Source of the DNA: Gemmatimonadota bacterium
Lineage (GTDB): Bacteria; Gemmatimonadota; Gemmatimonadetes; Palauibacterales; Palauibacteraceae
Assembly: GCA_046484665.1 (NCBI GenBank)
Contig: JAWOIN010000143.1
Span: forward strand, 21,585 to 85,584
Reading direction: 5' to 3'
DNA length: 64,000 nt
Within the stretch, counting starts at the first letter, position 1. Every line of letters starts with the position of its first letter. The position numbers and the translations under genes were made by a program. A model generated the notes under the pieces. That model was not told the DNA's origin. It saw nothing but the letters and a program-made list of their open reading frames with translations, and made no database searches. This document shows positions 10,210 to 19,064 of the stretch, one piece after another.

Positions 10210-11385
10210 GTGAACTCTAAGTCAGGAATCGGCGGTCACGGACCTGCCCTGAGAGCTCGATCCCCGCTTCTGCCGCGTCAGGCACTCGCGGTCGCCGTGG
10301 CGCTGCTCTCCGCTCGTGTTCCACCTCCAGCCTCGGCGGCGAGCCAGCAGGCAGTAGAGCTGGATCGATCGGCAAGCTGTGAAACCTGCTCGGTTGTTCT
10401 GGAGAAGCTCCTGACGATTGGCGATTCACACGGCCGCGGGGCCTTCCATACCCCTCCTGACCCGCCGACGCGCGATTCTCGAGGAAGATACTACGTGGTG
10501 AGCCGTCTCACTCGTGGCGAGACGGCGGCCGTCTTCGACAGCTACGGGAGGTTCCTGACTCGAATTGGAGCCGTGGGCGAAGGCCCCGGGGAATACAGGA
10601 ATCCCGTGCATGACCTCATCGGGCCCTCTGACACCGTGTACATGCTCGACCGCGGAAACGCCCGGGCCACGGTCTTGTCCCCGGAACATGAACTCGTCCG
10701 GACATTCAGCATTCCGCCGAGCGTCTGGGACGCGGCGCTGGTCTCGAATGACCTCTACCTGAACGCCCAGTACTTCGGTGCGGACCTCATCGGCAAGCCG
10801 CTCCATCAGTACTCGCCCGATGGCAGACGCCTTCGTTCGTTCGACGAGCATCTGGTGCGACTTGACGACATCTCACGATACACTCGTCAGTTGGCGCCAT
10901 CTACGAAAGGAGTCTGGTCGGCTCTCCACACGCACGAATACGAGCTGACCCTGTGGGACCACTCGGGCGCTCCCCAGCAGCGGCTCCGAAGTACGTCGGG
11001 CTGGTTCGCGAGCGATGAGCACCTCACGAGTCCTTCTCCGAGCGTGCCACCATCGTCGCTGATTCGCAATCTGTACGAAGACGAGGAAGGCCGACTCTGG
11101 GTGTTCGGGCAGGTCGCTGCTGATTCGTGGTCAGAAGGTCTCGGCGAGCGACGGGACGCGGAAGGAACAGAGTTCTACCCTGTCGAGAGCGAGCACTCGC
11201 TCTACGACGGAGTCATCGACGTGATCGACCCGGCTGCGGGGAGGATCGTCGTGTCCGCGAAGATCCCCTTCGTCGTCGCCGGGGTGGTTTCACCAGGCGT
11301 GGTGGCGTCCGTTCGGCAGGATGAGCTAGGGTGGTTCTATCTGGACTTGTATTCGGTGACCCTGATGACTCGGACAGATGGCTGA
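10210..11385 (+). CDS. Exported 6-bladed beta-propeller (NHL-like) protein
   Basis: Signal peptide, VFDSYGRFLTRIGAVGEGPGEY motif, lower GC than neighbours. GTG start uncertain. Confidence 0.72.
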   Translation: MNSKSGIGGHGPALRARSPLLPRQALAVAVALLSARVPPPASAASQQAVELDRSASCETCSVVLEKLLTIGDSHGRGAFHTPPDPPTRDSRGRYYVVSRLTRGETAAVFDSYGRFLTRIGAVGEGPGEYRNPVHDLIGPSDTVYMLDRGNARATVLSPEHELVRTFSIPPSVWDAALVSNDLYLNAQYFGADLIGKPLHQYSPDGRRLRSFDEHLVRLDDISRYTRQLAPSTKGVWSALHTHEYELTLWDHSGAPQQRLRSTSGWFASDEHLTSPSPSVPPSSLIRNLYEDEEGRLWVFGQVAADSWSEGLGERRDAEGTEFYPVESEHSLYDGVIDVIDPAAGRIVVSAKIPFVVAGVVSPGVVASVRQDELGWFYLDLYSVTLMTRTDG

Positions 11386-11586
11386 TTGCTCACGTGCCCG
11401 TAGGTGCAGAGCAGATGGTGTCGTTGGCAGACCGGGCGATACACCGTCTGGCAGCCCAGTAGCCCTTGCTTCCCACAGCCGCGTCGGTCCGCTGCGGATC
11501 GAAGCTGCGCAGGTACCCCATGCTGCCTGGTGCTCACTCGGTCCTTCGCGCAGGTGGTATCTTCTCCTGGCCTGAGCTCGATAACC

Positions 11587-12984
11587 ATGCGTAGACCCCG
11601 CCCGATTCACACCGTGATCGAGCCGTTCCGGATCAAGAGCGTCGAGCCGATCCGGATGACGACGCCGGAGGAGCGGGAGGAGAGGATCCGCGAGGCCGGC
11701 TGGAACGTCTTCCTGCTCCACGCCCGCGACGTCCTGATCGATCTGCTCACCGACAGCGGCACCGGCGCCATGAGCGCGGCGCAGTGGGCGGGCGTGATGC
11801 GCGGGGACGAGTCCTACGCCGGCAGCGACAGCTTCTACCGCTTCCGCGACGCCGTTCAGGACATCACGGGTCTCGTGCACGTCATCCCGACCCACCAGGG
11901 GCGGGCCGCGGAGCGGATCCTGTTCTCGACCGTCTGCCGCCCGGGCGACGTCGTCCCGAACAACACGCACTTCGACACGACGCGCGCGAACATCGAGTTC
12001 ACGGGCGCGAAGGCGCTCGACCTGCCGTGCGCCGAGGCGAAGGACCTCGGAAGCCGCGGCCCGTTCAAGGGAAACATGGACGTGGAGGCCCTGGAGCGGC
12101 TGCTCGCCGACCCGCCGGGCCGCGTCCCGCTCTGCATGATCACGGTCACGAACAACTCGGGCGGCGGGCAGCCCGTGTCGATGGGGAACGTCCGGGCCGT
12201 GTCGGAGGTCTGCCGGCGGCACGGCGTCCCGCTCTACATCGACGCCTGCCGGTTCGCGGAGAACGCGTACTTCATCCAGCAGCGGGAGGAGGGCTACGGC
12301 GACACCTCGCTGCTCGAGATCGCGCGGGAGATGTTCTCGTTCGCGGACGGGGCGACGATGTCCGCCAAGAAGGACGGGATGGCGAACATCGGCGGCTTCC
12401 TCGCCACGAACGACGACGCGCTCGCCGCCCAGGAGAAGGACCTGCTGATCCTCACGGAGGGCTTCCCGACCTACGGCGGGCTCGCGGGCCGGGACCTCGA
12501 GGCGGTGGCGATCGGGCTGTACGAGGCGCTCGAGCCGGACTACCAGCGCTACCGGATCGCCTCGACGGCCTACCTCGGGAACCACATCGCCGACCACGGC
12601 GTCCCGATCGTGCAGCCGCCCGGGGGACACGCCGTCTACATCGACGCGGCGGCGATGCTGCCGCACGTGCCGCCGCTCGAGCTCCCGGGGATCGCGCTGT
12701 GCGTGGAGCTGTACCGTGAGGCCGGGATCCGCGGGGTGGAGATCGGGAGCGTGATGTTCGGCTCGCGGGACCCCGACACGGGGGACCCGGTCGCGGCCCG
12801 GAACGAGCTGGTGCGGCTCGCGATCCCGCGGCGGGTCTACACGCAGAGCCACATCGACTACGTCGTGGAGGCGATCCTCAACGTCTACGACCGGCGGGCG
12901 GAGATCGGCGGCTACCGGATCGTCCACGAGCCGCCGTTCCTGCGGCACTTCACGGCGACGTTCGAGCCGGTCGGTACACGCTGA
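11587..12984 (+). CDS. tnaA: Tryptophanase
   Basis: EPFRIKSVE, DLLTDSGT, HQGRAAE, the PLP-lysine motif MSAKKD and LRHFTA. The last two favour TnaA over tyrosine phenol-lyase (MSGKKD/LRFFTA). Confidence 0.9.
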   Translation: MRRPRPIHTVIEPFRIKSVEPIRMTTPEEREERIREAGWNVFLLHARDVLIDLLTDSGTGAMSAAQWAGVMRGDESYAGSDSFYRFRDAVQDITGLVHVIPTHQGRAAERILFSTVCRPGDVVPNNTHFDTTRANIEFTGAKALDLPCAEAKDLGSRGPFKGNMDVEALERLLADPPGRVPLCMITVTNNSGGGQPVSMGNVRAVSEVCRRHGVPLYIDACRFAENAYFIQQREEGYGDTSLLEIAREMFSFADGATMSAKKDGMANIGGFLATNDDALAAQEKDLLILTEGFPTYGGLAGRDLEAVAIGLYEALEPDYQRYRIASTAYLGNHIADHGVPIVQPPGGHAVYIDAAAMLPHVPPLELPGIALCVELYREAGIRGVEIGSVMFGSRDPDTGDPVAARNELVRLAIPRRVYTQSHIDYVVEAILNVYDRRAEIGGYRIVHEPPFLRHFTATFEPVGTR

Positions 12985-14170
12985 CGTAGGAAACGCCCAG
13001 GCTGTCGCGCTCGATGCCCACGACCTCGTTCCCGAGGATGTGGGTGGGCCGGAACCCGGCCGGAAGCCGGACGACGCCCTCGAAGTCGCCATCGGCAGTG
13101 TAAGCATGCCACCGCGCCGGGGCAGCGTCGTCACCCGGAGCCGTCTCGGGACGGACCCAGATCCCGCCGCCGTCGGTCGCAATCAGCTGGCGAAGCGCCG
13201 GTCGAAACTCAGGAACGTCAAGTTCGCTGCGGTTCCGCCGCAGTCGCCGCCGAGCGTCCTCGCCCAGGTCCGGACGGTCGAGAACCTCGTAGAATGTGCG
13301 TCGCTCCTCGTCGGTGATCGGCACGGGGTCCAGCTTCGCCTCGATCTCGAGAATCTCCTCGCCGGCGGGCGTCAGGCGTCGGATACGATACTCGCCCGAG
13401 TCCGCGTGCCAGACGTCCCCTTCCGGACCCACGGTCCAGAGCGGTCTCCGCCCGTACGGTCGATCCGTAAGCCCGCCATCGGCGAAGTACACCTCGATGC
13501 TCGGGACCTGCAGTAGATGTCGCCACGCGCCGTTCTCTTCTTCGAACCTGTCGATCCAGACAAGGCCGCGTACAACGGCCCTGGCCCGCCCGCCGAGGGA
13601 CTCGAGCAACGTCTCCCGGAACTGGTCGAAGCTGAGACGAAGGAGGTGCCCGTTTCCGTCGTAGCGAACCTCGTACGGCTGTCCGATATCGACGAGCGGC
13701 CTGGGGGGTGAAAATACGTGGAGCAGACTCCCTTCAGCGTCGAACAGCGTCTCTCGCCAGAGCCGTTGGTCGAACGCCCTTACCCCTCCGCGCTCGCCCG
13801 GCCCCAGCTTGAGTATGCCGGAGAATTCGCCCGGTCCCTCGCCGCTCCGACCCAGCCGGTAGAGCAGCATCTCGTTGGGGCCGAAGACCAGCACGGTGTG
13901 CGCGAGTACGTCCGCCACGAAGATCCGTCCGTCGTGACCGAGGCGAGCGTCGGTGACGCGCCCGAATGCGTCCTCGGCCCCACCATCCGTCCTTCCGAGG
14001 CGACGTGCGAGCTCGAAATCAGTCACCGGAGCCTCGATGATCGACTCGCGTGTCACGACACCGAGAGCGCGGCCGTCCCTGTCGGCCCGGGACTCTCCAC
14101 AGGCCAACAGCAGGAGCGGGATCGACAGCGGGAGAAGTCGGAAGGTCAACGAGAGTATCCTAAGCATCAC
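12950..14170 (-). CDS. 6-bladed beta-propeller lipoprotein
   Basis: Lipobox LLAC, FGRVTD...GRIFVAD...GRSGEGPGEF, C-terminal RDSLGVSYV. Confidence 0.8.
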   Translation of the reverse strand: MMLRILSLTFRLLPLSIPLLLLACGESRADRDGRALGVVTRESIIEAPVTDFELARRLGRTDGGAEDAFGRVTDARLGHDGRIFVADVLAHTVLVFGPNEMLLYRLGRSGEGPGEFSGILKLGPGERGGVRAFDQRLWRETLFDAEGSLLHVFSPPRPLVDIGQPYEVRYDGNGHLLRLSFDQFRETLLESLGGRARAVVRGLVWIDRFEEENGAWRHLLQVPSIEVYFADGGLTDRPYGRRPLWTVGPEGDVWHADSGEYRIRRLTPAGEEILEIEAKLDPVPITDEERRTFYEVLDRPDLGEDARRRLRRNRSELDVPEFRPALRQLIATDGGGIWVRPETAPGDDAAPARWHAYTADGDFEGVVRLPAGFRPTHILGNEVVGIERDSLGVSYVSVYRPARTSP

Positions 14171-14171
14171 A

Positions 14172-14738
14172 CTACCCCGGATTGTTGCGGCTGTCGGCAG
14201 CCCTGCACCAACCCAGATCGCGCGTCAGGTCCTCGGGGGAGGTTGAGGAGACTCCCGTGCGATGAAGGAGCACGCGGCCGTTGTCTACTCCCCACACTCC
14301 TGGAACCGATCCGACTCCCACGTCGGAGATTGTCAGCTTGGGCGATAGTCGCAGCACTCGCCCCCGGAGACCGAATCGTTCGACGAAGGCCCGGACGGCA
14401 TGAGACTCGCCGAAGCCGAGCCACAGCATCCGGATGTCGCGAGGCCCGAGCGATTCCTGATCGCGCCATGCTTCTGCTGCACGGTCACAAGCGGGGCATG
14501 CCGGGTCGAAGAAGTAGAGAATGTAACACCCAGATGTGGCTAATTCGTGAAGCGGAGCGAGAGAATCTGACCCGTCAACGGAAAACGTACCAATGTGATC
14601 GGGAATCGAGTCGCCGACGTTCACGAATGATCTCGCTCTCCCGCCGGCGTCCGCGACACCATGTGTCACCCGAGACCTCACCTGGTAGATGAGCCCCGCT
14701 ACGAGCAGGACAATCATGCACGTGGTGAGACGCGACAT
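14172..14738 (-). CDS. Membrane-anchored thioredoxin/redoxin-like protein
   Basis: N-terminal TM, VGDSIP, FFDPACPAC (CxxC), cis-Pro motif GSVP. Confidence 0.75.
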   Translation of the reverse strand: MSRLTTCMIVLLVAGLIYQVRSRVTHGVADAGGRARSFVNVGDSIPDHIGTFSVDGSDSLAPLHELATSGCYILYFFDPACPACDRAAEAWRDQESLGPRDIRMLWLGFGESHAVRAFVERFGLRGRVLRLSPKLTISDVGVGSVPGVWGVDNGRVLLHRTGVSSTSPEDLTRDLGWCRAADSRNNPG

Positions 14739-14776
14739 TTCGAGCCCCTGTACAAGAGAATCTGCGCAACTGGTGT

Positions 14777-14806
14777 GGAAGGGGACACCGCGCTAGCTCC
14801 CCTTCC
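14777..14806 (-). terminator. 9-bp stem-loop downstream of the Cys-rich peptide gene
   Basis: GGAAGGGGA-N12-TCCCCTTCC. Confidence 0.5.
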
Positions 14807-14841
14807 TCACCGTAAGTCCGAGGTCGGGCCGGCAGGGAGAA

Positions 14842-15054
14842 CTAGACCTCGGAACAGTTTCGACCGCACTTCCAGCAGATGCACCCCGTGCAGTCCTTGC
14901 ATTCTTCGACGCCGCTCGTGCAGTCAGAGCGTTCGGTTGGACATGCTTGCTCCGCAACTGCGGGACCTGGTGTGGACAGCGCCAGACCGAGATTTGCAGC
15001 AGCGAGCACGGCGGCGATGAGGAGTGATCTGCGCGTACTCAGTCGAATTCGCAT
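14842..15054 (-). CDS. Small secreted Cys-rich peptide (70 aa, 8 Cys in the mature part)
   Basis: AAGGAGG SD, signal peptide ending AVA, mature EQACPTERSDCTSGVEECKDCTGCICWKCGRNCSEV. Confidence 0.8.
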   Translation of the reverse strand: MRIRLSTRRSLLIAAVLAAANLGLALSTPGPAVAEQACPTERSDCTSGVEECKDCTGCICWKCGRNCSEV

Positions 15055-15140
15055 GGCTGCCTCCTTCGCGAGTCGGACTATCCGTTGGGGGGCACGCGAC
15101 CAAGAGGAATGGTCGTGCATGTGGCCGCGCCCCAGCAATC

Positions 15141-15168
15141 GGACATTTCTTCTAGGCCATCTGTTCTA
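15141..15168. promoter_or_regulatory. Tandem 14-bp repeats containing a TAG-N10-CTA dyad, putative LuxR-type binding site
   Basis: GGACATTTCTTCTA / GGCCATCTGTTCTA (11/14 identical), between the LuxR and peptide genes. Confidence 0.45.
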
Positions 15169-15202
15169 TGACACCCCACGGCAGAAGGCACCTGACGCGG
15201 TA

Positions 15203-15448
15203 TCATTCTCCACGGATCGGTCGATCCTCACGAAGCGCGAGGTAGCGCACGGCGGCTTCCGTACGGTTGCTCGCGCCGAGCTTGAGGAAGGCGGAGTGCA
15301 GATGCGCACGCACGGTTCCTCGCGACATTCGAAGCTGTGCCGCGATCTGCTTGTTGGAGAGTCCGAGCACGACGTGCTCGAGCACTTCGCGCTCGCGAGC
15401 GGTCAGCGATCGGGCAACATGTCCCGAGGAGTCACCTGCCATCACCAT
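15203..15448 (-). CDS. Stand-alone LuxR-family HTH regulator
   Basis: LTAREREVL...GLSNKQIA..L..S.GTV..HL..AF.KLG..NRTEA. Confidence 0.88.
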   Translation of the reverse strand: MVMAGDSSGHVARSLTAREREVLEHVVLGLSNKQIAAQLRMSRGTVRAHLHSAFLKLGASNRTEAAVRYLALREDRPIRGE

Positions 15449-15532
15449 GCCCCCATGCAGTACTCGGGCGAACGGGCAGGCTCCGACGGGTCGGGAGGGT
15501 CGCGCAGCCTGCGTGACAGGGGGCGCAGGTGT

Positions 15533-15570
15533 TCTGAAATTCAGACTACCCCCCCCGTCGAGTATGTCAA
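15533..15570 (-). promoter_or_regulatory. Sigma70-type promoter of luxR with overlapping palindrome
   Basis: TTGACA-16 nt (includes G8)-TAGTCT. TCTGAA-A-TTCAGA overlaps the -10. Confidence 0.55.
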
Positions 15571-15854
15571 GTCGTTCGGGGGTGGGCGGTAAGGGACGTG
15601 AAGCGTCCTGCGGTCGCGCCGTTTCTCACGCGGAATGAGACGATCCCATGCGGCGCGGGCGAGCCTGTTCGGGGACGTGCACACCGCACTTCCGGGCCGT
15701 GCATCTGCGCCGGGGCACGATGGACGGAGACAACCGGGTGGCCCGGAACGCCGGACACGAGCAGATTCTCCCGCACCGCGAGACGGACGAGGCGATCGTC
15801 CGCTCCCTGCGCGGGGGGGGAGACGAGGAGCCCGATCGAGAGGAGTGGACCACG

Positions 15855-16376
15855 GTGAGTCATCAGCCGACCGCAGACCCCCGCAGCGTCGTTCGTACCG
15901 CTACTCGCGCCGCACTCTTCCTCGCCGCGGTTCTCCTCGCGGCTCCGTCGACGGCCCGCGCGCAGGCCGAGTCCGAGCTCGACGCGTACTGGGACGAGGT
16001 CTCGCGGACGGTCGCCGAGGGCGACTTCGAGGGCTACGCCCGCCTCTACCACCCGGACGCGGTCCTCGTCGTCGGGGGGACGGGGACCTACCCGATCGAG
16101 TCCGCGCTGGCGGGCTGGAAGCAGGGGTTCGTCGACACCCGCGAAGGCCGGGCCGAGGCGGGCGTCGCGTTCCGGTTCACGGGGCGCCTGAGCGGCGAGG
16201 AGACCGCGTTCGAGACGGGGATGTTCCGCTACGCGCTCGAGCCGGACGAGGGGGACGACGTGGTCGCCCTCGTCCGCTTCGAGGCGCTTCTCGTGAAGAA
16301 GGACGGGCGGTGGCTCATGCTGATGGAGAACCAGCAGGGGCCGGCGACGGACGAGGAGTGGGAGGACGCCCGATGA
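15855..16376 (+). CDS. Exported NTF2-like (DUF4440) protein
   Basis: Signal peptide, EGDFEGYARLYHPDAV, DGRWLM. GAGGAG SD. Confidence 0.75.
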   Translation: MSHQPTADPRSVVRTATRAALFLAAVLLAAPSTARAQAESELDAYWDEVSRTVAEGDFEGYARLYHPDAVLVVGGTGTYPIESALAGWKQGFVDTREGRAEAGVAFRFTGRLSGEETAFETGMFRYALEPDEGDDVVALVRFEALLVKKDGRWLMLMENQQGPATDEEWEDAR

Positions 16377-16492
16377 CCACTCGGGGCATCGTGACCATGA
16401 CGCTCGTGCTCCTGTTCGTGTGGGGCGGCTTCGCGCTGTTCGTGGCGACCGCCGTGCGGAAGGAGCGGGGAAAGAAGGGAGGCGGGGCATGA
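16373..16492 (+). CDS. MetS-family small membrane protein (NSS transporter small subunit-like), 39 aa
   Basis: MTTRGIVTMTLVLLFVWGGFALFVATAVRKE with the WGG motif. ATGA overlaps on both sides. Confidence 0.65.
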   Translation: MTTRGIVTMTLVLLFVWGGFALFVATAVRKERGKKGGGA

Positions 16493-18180
16493 GGGATAGC
16501 CGAAGACCGGGATCCACGCTCGCCGTGGCCGTCGCGTGCGGCCTATTGGCGGGTTGTGGAGGCGGCGAGCCCGCGGCGGGCGAAGGCGAGCTGATGATGC
16601 AGGAGCGCCTGGCGCGGTTCGCGCCGGTCGAGCTCTCGTTCGACGCCGCGCGGCTCGACGACCGCCAGAAGCGGGTGGTGCGGCGCCTCGTGGAGGCGTC
16701 CGACCACCTGGACTCGATCTTCGCGCTCCAGGTCTGGCGGGGAAACGCGACGGCGGAGTCGCTGCTGCCGGAGGGCGACACGCCCGAGGCACGGGCGACG
16801 CGGGCGTACTACGACATCATGTACGGCCCGTGGGACGCGCTCGAGGAGAACGAGCCGTTCCTCCGGGGCGTCGGGCCGAAGCCGCCGGGCTCGGGGTTCT
16901 ATCCCGAGGAGATGACGAAGGCGGAGTTCGAGGAGTGGCTCGGGCTCAACCCGGCCGACCGTCCCGCGTTCACGTCCTACTACACGATCATTGAAAGAGA
17001 CAACGGAGGGCTCGAGGCGACGCCCTATTCCGCGGCCTATTCCGGGCACCTCGAGGCGGCCGCGGACGCGCTGCGCGACGCGGCGGAGCACGCCGACAAC
17101 GAGTCGCTCGCGCGTTTCCTGCGGTTGCGCGCCGACGCGTTCCTCTCGGACGACTACTACGAGAGCGAGATCGCCTGGATGCGGCTCGAGGGAAACCTGA
17201 TCGACCCGACGATCGGGCCGTACGAGGTCTACGAGGACGGCCTGTTCGGCTACAAGGCGTCGTTCGAGTCCTTCATCGGCTTCCGGGACCCCGCGGCGAG
17301 CGCGCAGCTGGCGGGGCTCGCGGCGGATCTGCCGCGGCTCGAGCGGGCGCTCCCGATTCCCGACGAGCACAAGTACCTGGACCGGGACTTCTCCTCCCCG
17401 ATCTCCGTCGTCGACCTGATCTACGCGTCCGGCGAGGCCTCGGTCGGCATCCAGACGATCGCCTTCGCCCTCCCGAACGACCCGCGGGTGCGGGAGACGG
17501 AGGGGTCGAAGAAGGTGATGCTCCGCAACGTGATCCGCGCGAAGTTCGACACGAACCTGAAGCCGATCGCGGCGGAGGTGCTGGTCCCGGAGCAGGCGGA
17601 GCGGATCGGGTTCGAGCCCTACTTCACGCGGATCCTCGTGCACGAGCTGTCGCACGGGCTCGGGCCCGACTACGTGACCGGCCAGCCCGACCTCACCGTG
17701 AACCAGGCCCTGCAGGAGCACTACTCGGCGCTCGAGGAGGCGAAGGCGGACGCGGTCGGCACCCACAGCCTCGGCGTGCTGCTGGAGCGCGGCGTCTACG
17801 ACCGCGCCTTCCTGGAGGAGGTCTGGATCGACCACGTGGCGGACATGTTCCGCTGCGTCCGGTTCGGGGCCACCGAGGCGCACGGACTCGGCTGCCTCAC
17901 CCAGTTCAACTTCCTACGCGACGCCGGCGCGATCGCCTACGACGAGGCGTCGGGCCGGTTCGCGGCGGACTTCGAGCGGATGCCCGCCGCGATGTCGGAC
18001 CTCGCCGCCCAGTACCTGCTGCTGCAGGCCACCGGCGACCGGGCGGGAGCGGGGGCCTTCCTGGAGCGGTACGGGACGATGTCGCCGGAGATGCGGGCGG
18101 CGATCGACCGGCTCGCGGGCGTGGTGCCGGTGGACATCCGGCCCTCGTACGCGGTCAAGGGGATGGTGGCGGACTGGTAG
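16489..18180 (+). CDS. Dipeptidyl-peptidase III (M49)-like lipoprotein
   Basis: Lipobox LAGC, IGPYEVYED, QTIAFALPND, HELSHGLG, LEEAKAD. Confidence 0.85.
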   Translation: MRDSRRPGSTLAVAVACGLLAGCGGGEPAAGEGELMMQERLARFAPVELSFDAARLDDRQKRVVRRLVEASDHLDSIFALQVWRGNATAESLLPEGDTPEARATRAYYDIMYGPWDALEENEPFLRGVGPKPPGSGFYPEEMTKAEFEEWLGLNPADRPAFTSYYTIIERDNGGLEATPYSAAYSGHLEAAADALRDAAEHADNESLARFLRLRADAFLSDDYYESEIAWMRLEGNLIDPTIGPYEVYEDGLFGYKASFESFIGFRDPAASAQLAGLAADLPRLERALPIPDEHKYLDRDFSSPISVVDLIYASGEASVGIQTIAFALPNDPRVRETEGSKKVMLRNVIRAKFDTNLKPIAAEVLVPEQAERIGFEPYFTRILVHELSHGLGPDYVTGQPDLTVNQALQEHYSALEEAKADAVGTHSLGVLLERGVYDRAFLEEVWIDHVADMFRCVRFGATEAHGLGCLTQFNFLRDAGAIAYDEASGRFAADFERMPAAMSDLAAQYLLLQATGDRAGAGAFLERYGTMSPEMRAAIDRLAGVVPVDIRPSYAVKGMVADW

Positions 18181-18321
18181 ACACACCCGTCGCGGCCGCC
18201 TCTCCCGGCCCGTTGCGCGGGGGCGCCGGCGGGCGGGATTGACGCGGTCGTCGGCTCCGGCGAGGTTGCAGGGGTGGGCCCCGAGCGGACCCACCCCCTT
18301 TTTCCCATCTGGAGGCAGTAT

Positions 18322-18849
18322 ATGCGTACTCGCACGTCCCTCAGTTCAGCACTCGTCCTCGTCGCCGCGGCGGCGTTCATCTCCTGCCAGCCGCCGGCCG
18401 AGGAGGCCGCCGTCGAGGAGACGACACCCGCCGTCGACCTCGCGGCCGAGGCCGATGCCGTCGAGTCCATTTCGATGCGCTGGGCGCAGGCCGCCCAGGC
18501 CCGCGACCTCGACGCGGTCATGGCCGTGTTCGCCGAGGACGCGGTCACGTTCCCCGATGGCCAGGCGCCCGCCGAAGGGCCCGCCGCGATCCGGGCCGTG
18601 ATGCAGGAGCAATGGTCCGCGATGCCCGATGCGACGATCGACTGGGCCACGAAGTCGGTCGAGGTCTCGGATGCCGGCGACATGGCGTGGGAGCGCGGCA
18701 CCTGGACCTTCGACCCCGACGGCGTCGGCGAGTCCGCTCCGGAGACGGGTGAGTATCTGACGGTCTACGAGAAGATCGACGGGGAGTGGAAGGTCGTGGC
18801 CGACATCGGGACGGATACGCCGGCCGCCGCGACCGAGGAAGCGATGTAA
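18322..18849 (+). CDS. NTF2-like (DUF4440/YybH) lipoprotein
   Basis: FISC lipobox, GDMAWERG, GEYLTVYEK.DGEWKV. Confidence 0.8.
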   Translation: MRTRTSLSSALVLVAAAAFISCQPPAEEAAVEETTPAVDLAAEADAVESISMRWAQAAQARDLDAVMAVFAEDAVTFPDGQAPAEGPAAIRAVMQEQWSAMPDATIDWATKSVEVSDAGDMAWERGTWTFDPDGVGESAPETGEYLTVYEKIDGEWKVVADIGTDTPAAATEEAM

Positions 18850-19064
18850 CGTACGACGCTGGATGGAGTTCGGCGGCGCGGCCGTCGAGCTCCGTGCGCC
18901 CGGCGGCTGGAGCGGGCGGGGACCGCGGGTGGCGGGACCCCCGCCCGCTTTCCGCTTCGAGGGCCGGCGATCGGGACCTCACTCGCCGTCGAGCTTCCTC
19001 TCGTGGGCTGGCAGTCGGGCAAGCAGGGGTCCATCCTTGACTCCCTCGGGACGCGAGGGCATCG

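Noticed and set aside
11404-11586. Trp-rich in-frame extension or TnaC-like leader upstream of tnaA
   Set aside because: It is not a separate ORF and has no SD. A TGgTATCTT extended -10 at about 11555-11563 suggests transcription starts downstream of the Trp codons.
11337-11588. Minus-strand 83-aa ORF with several Cys as a second peptide precursor
   Set aside because: No signal peptide or SD, and it overlaps both neighbouring genes.
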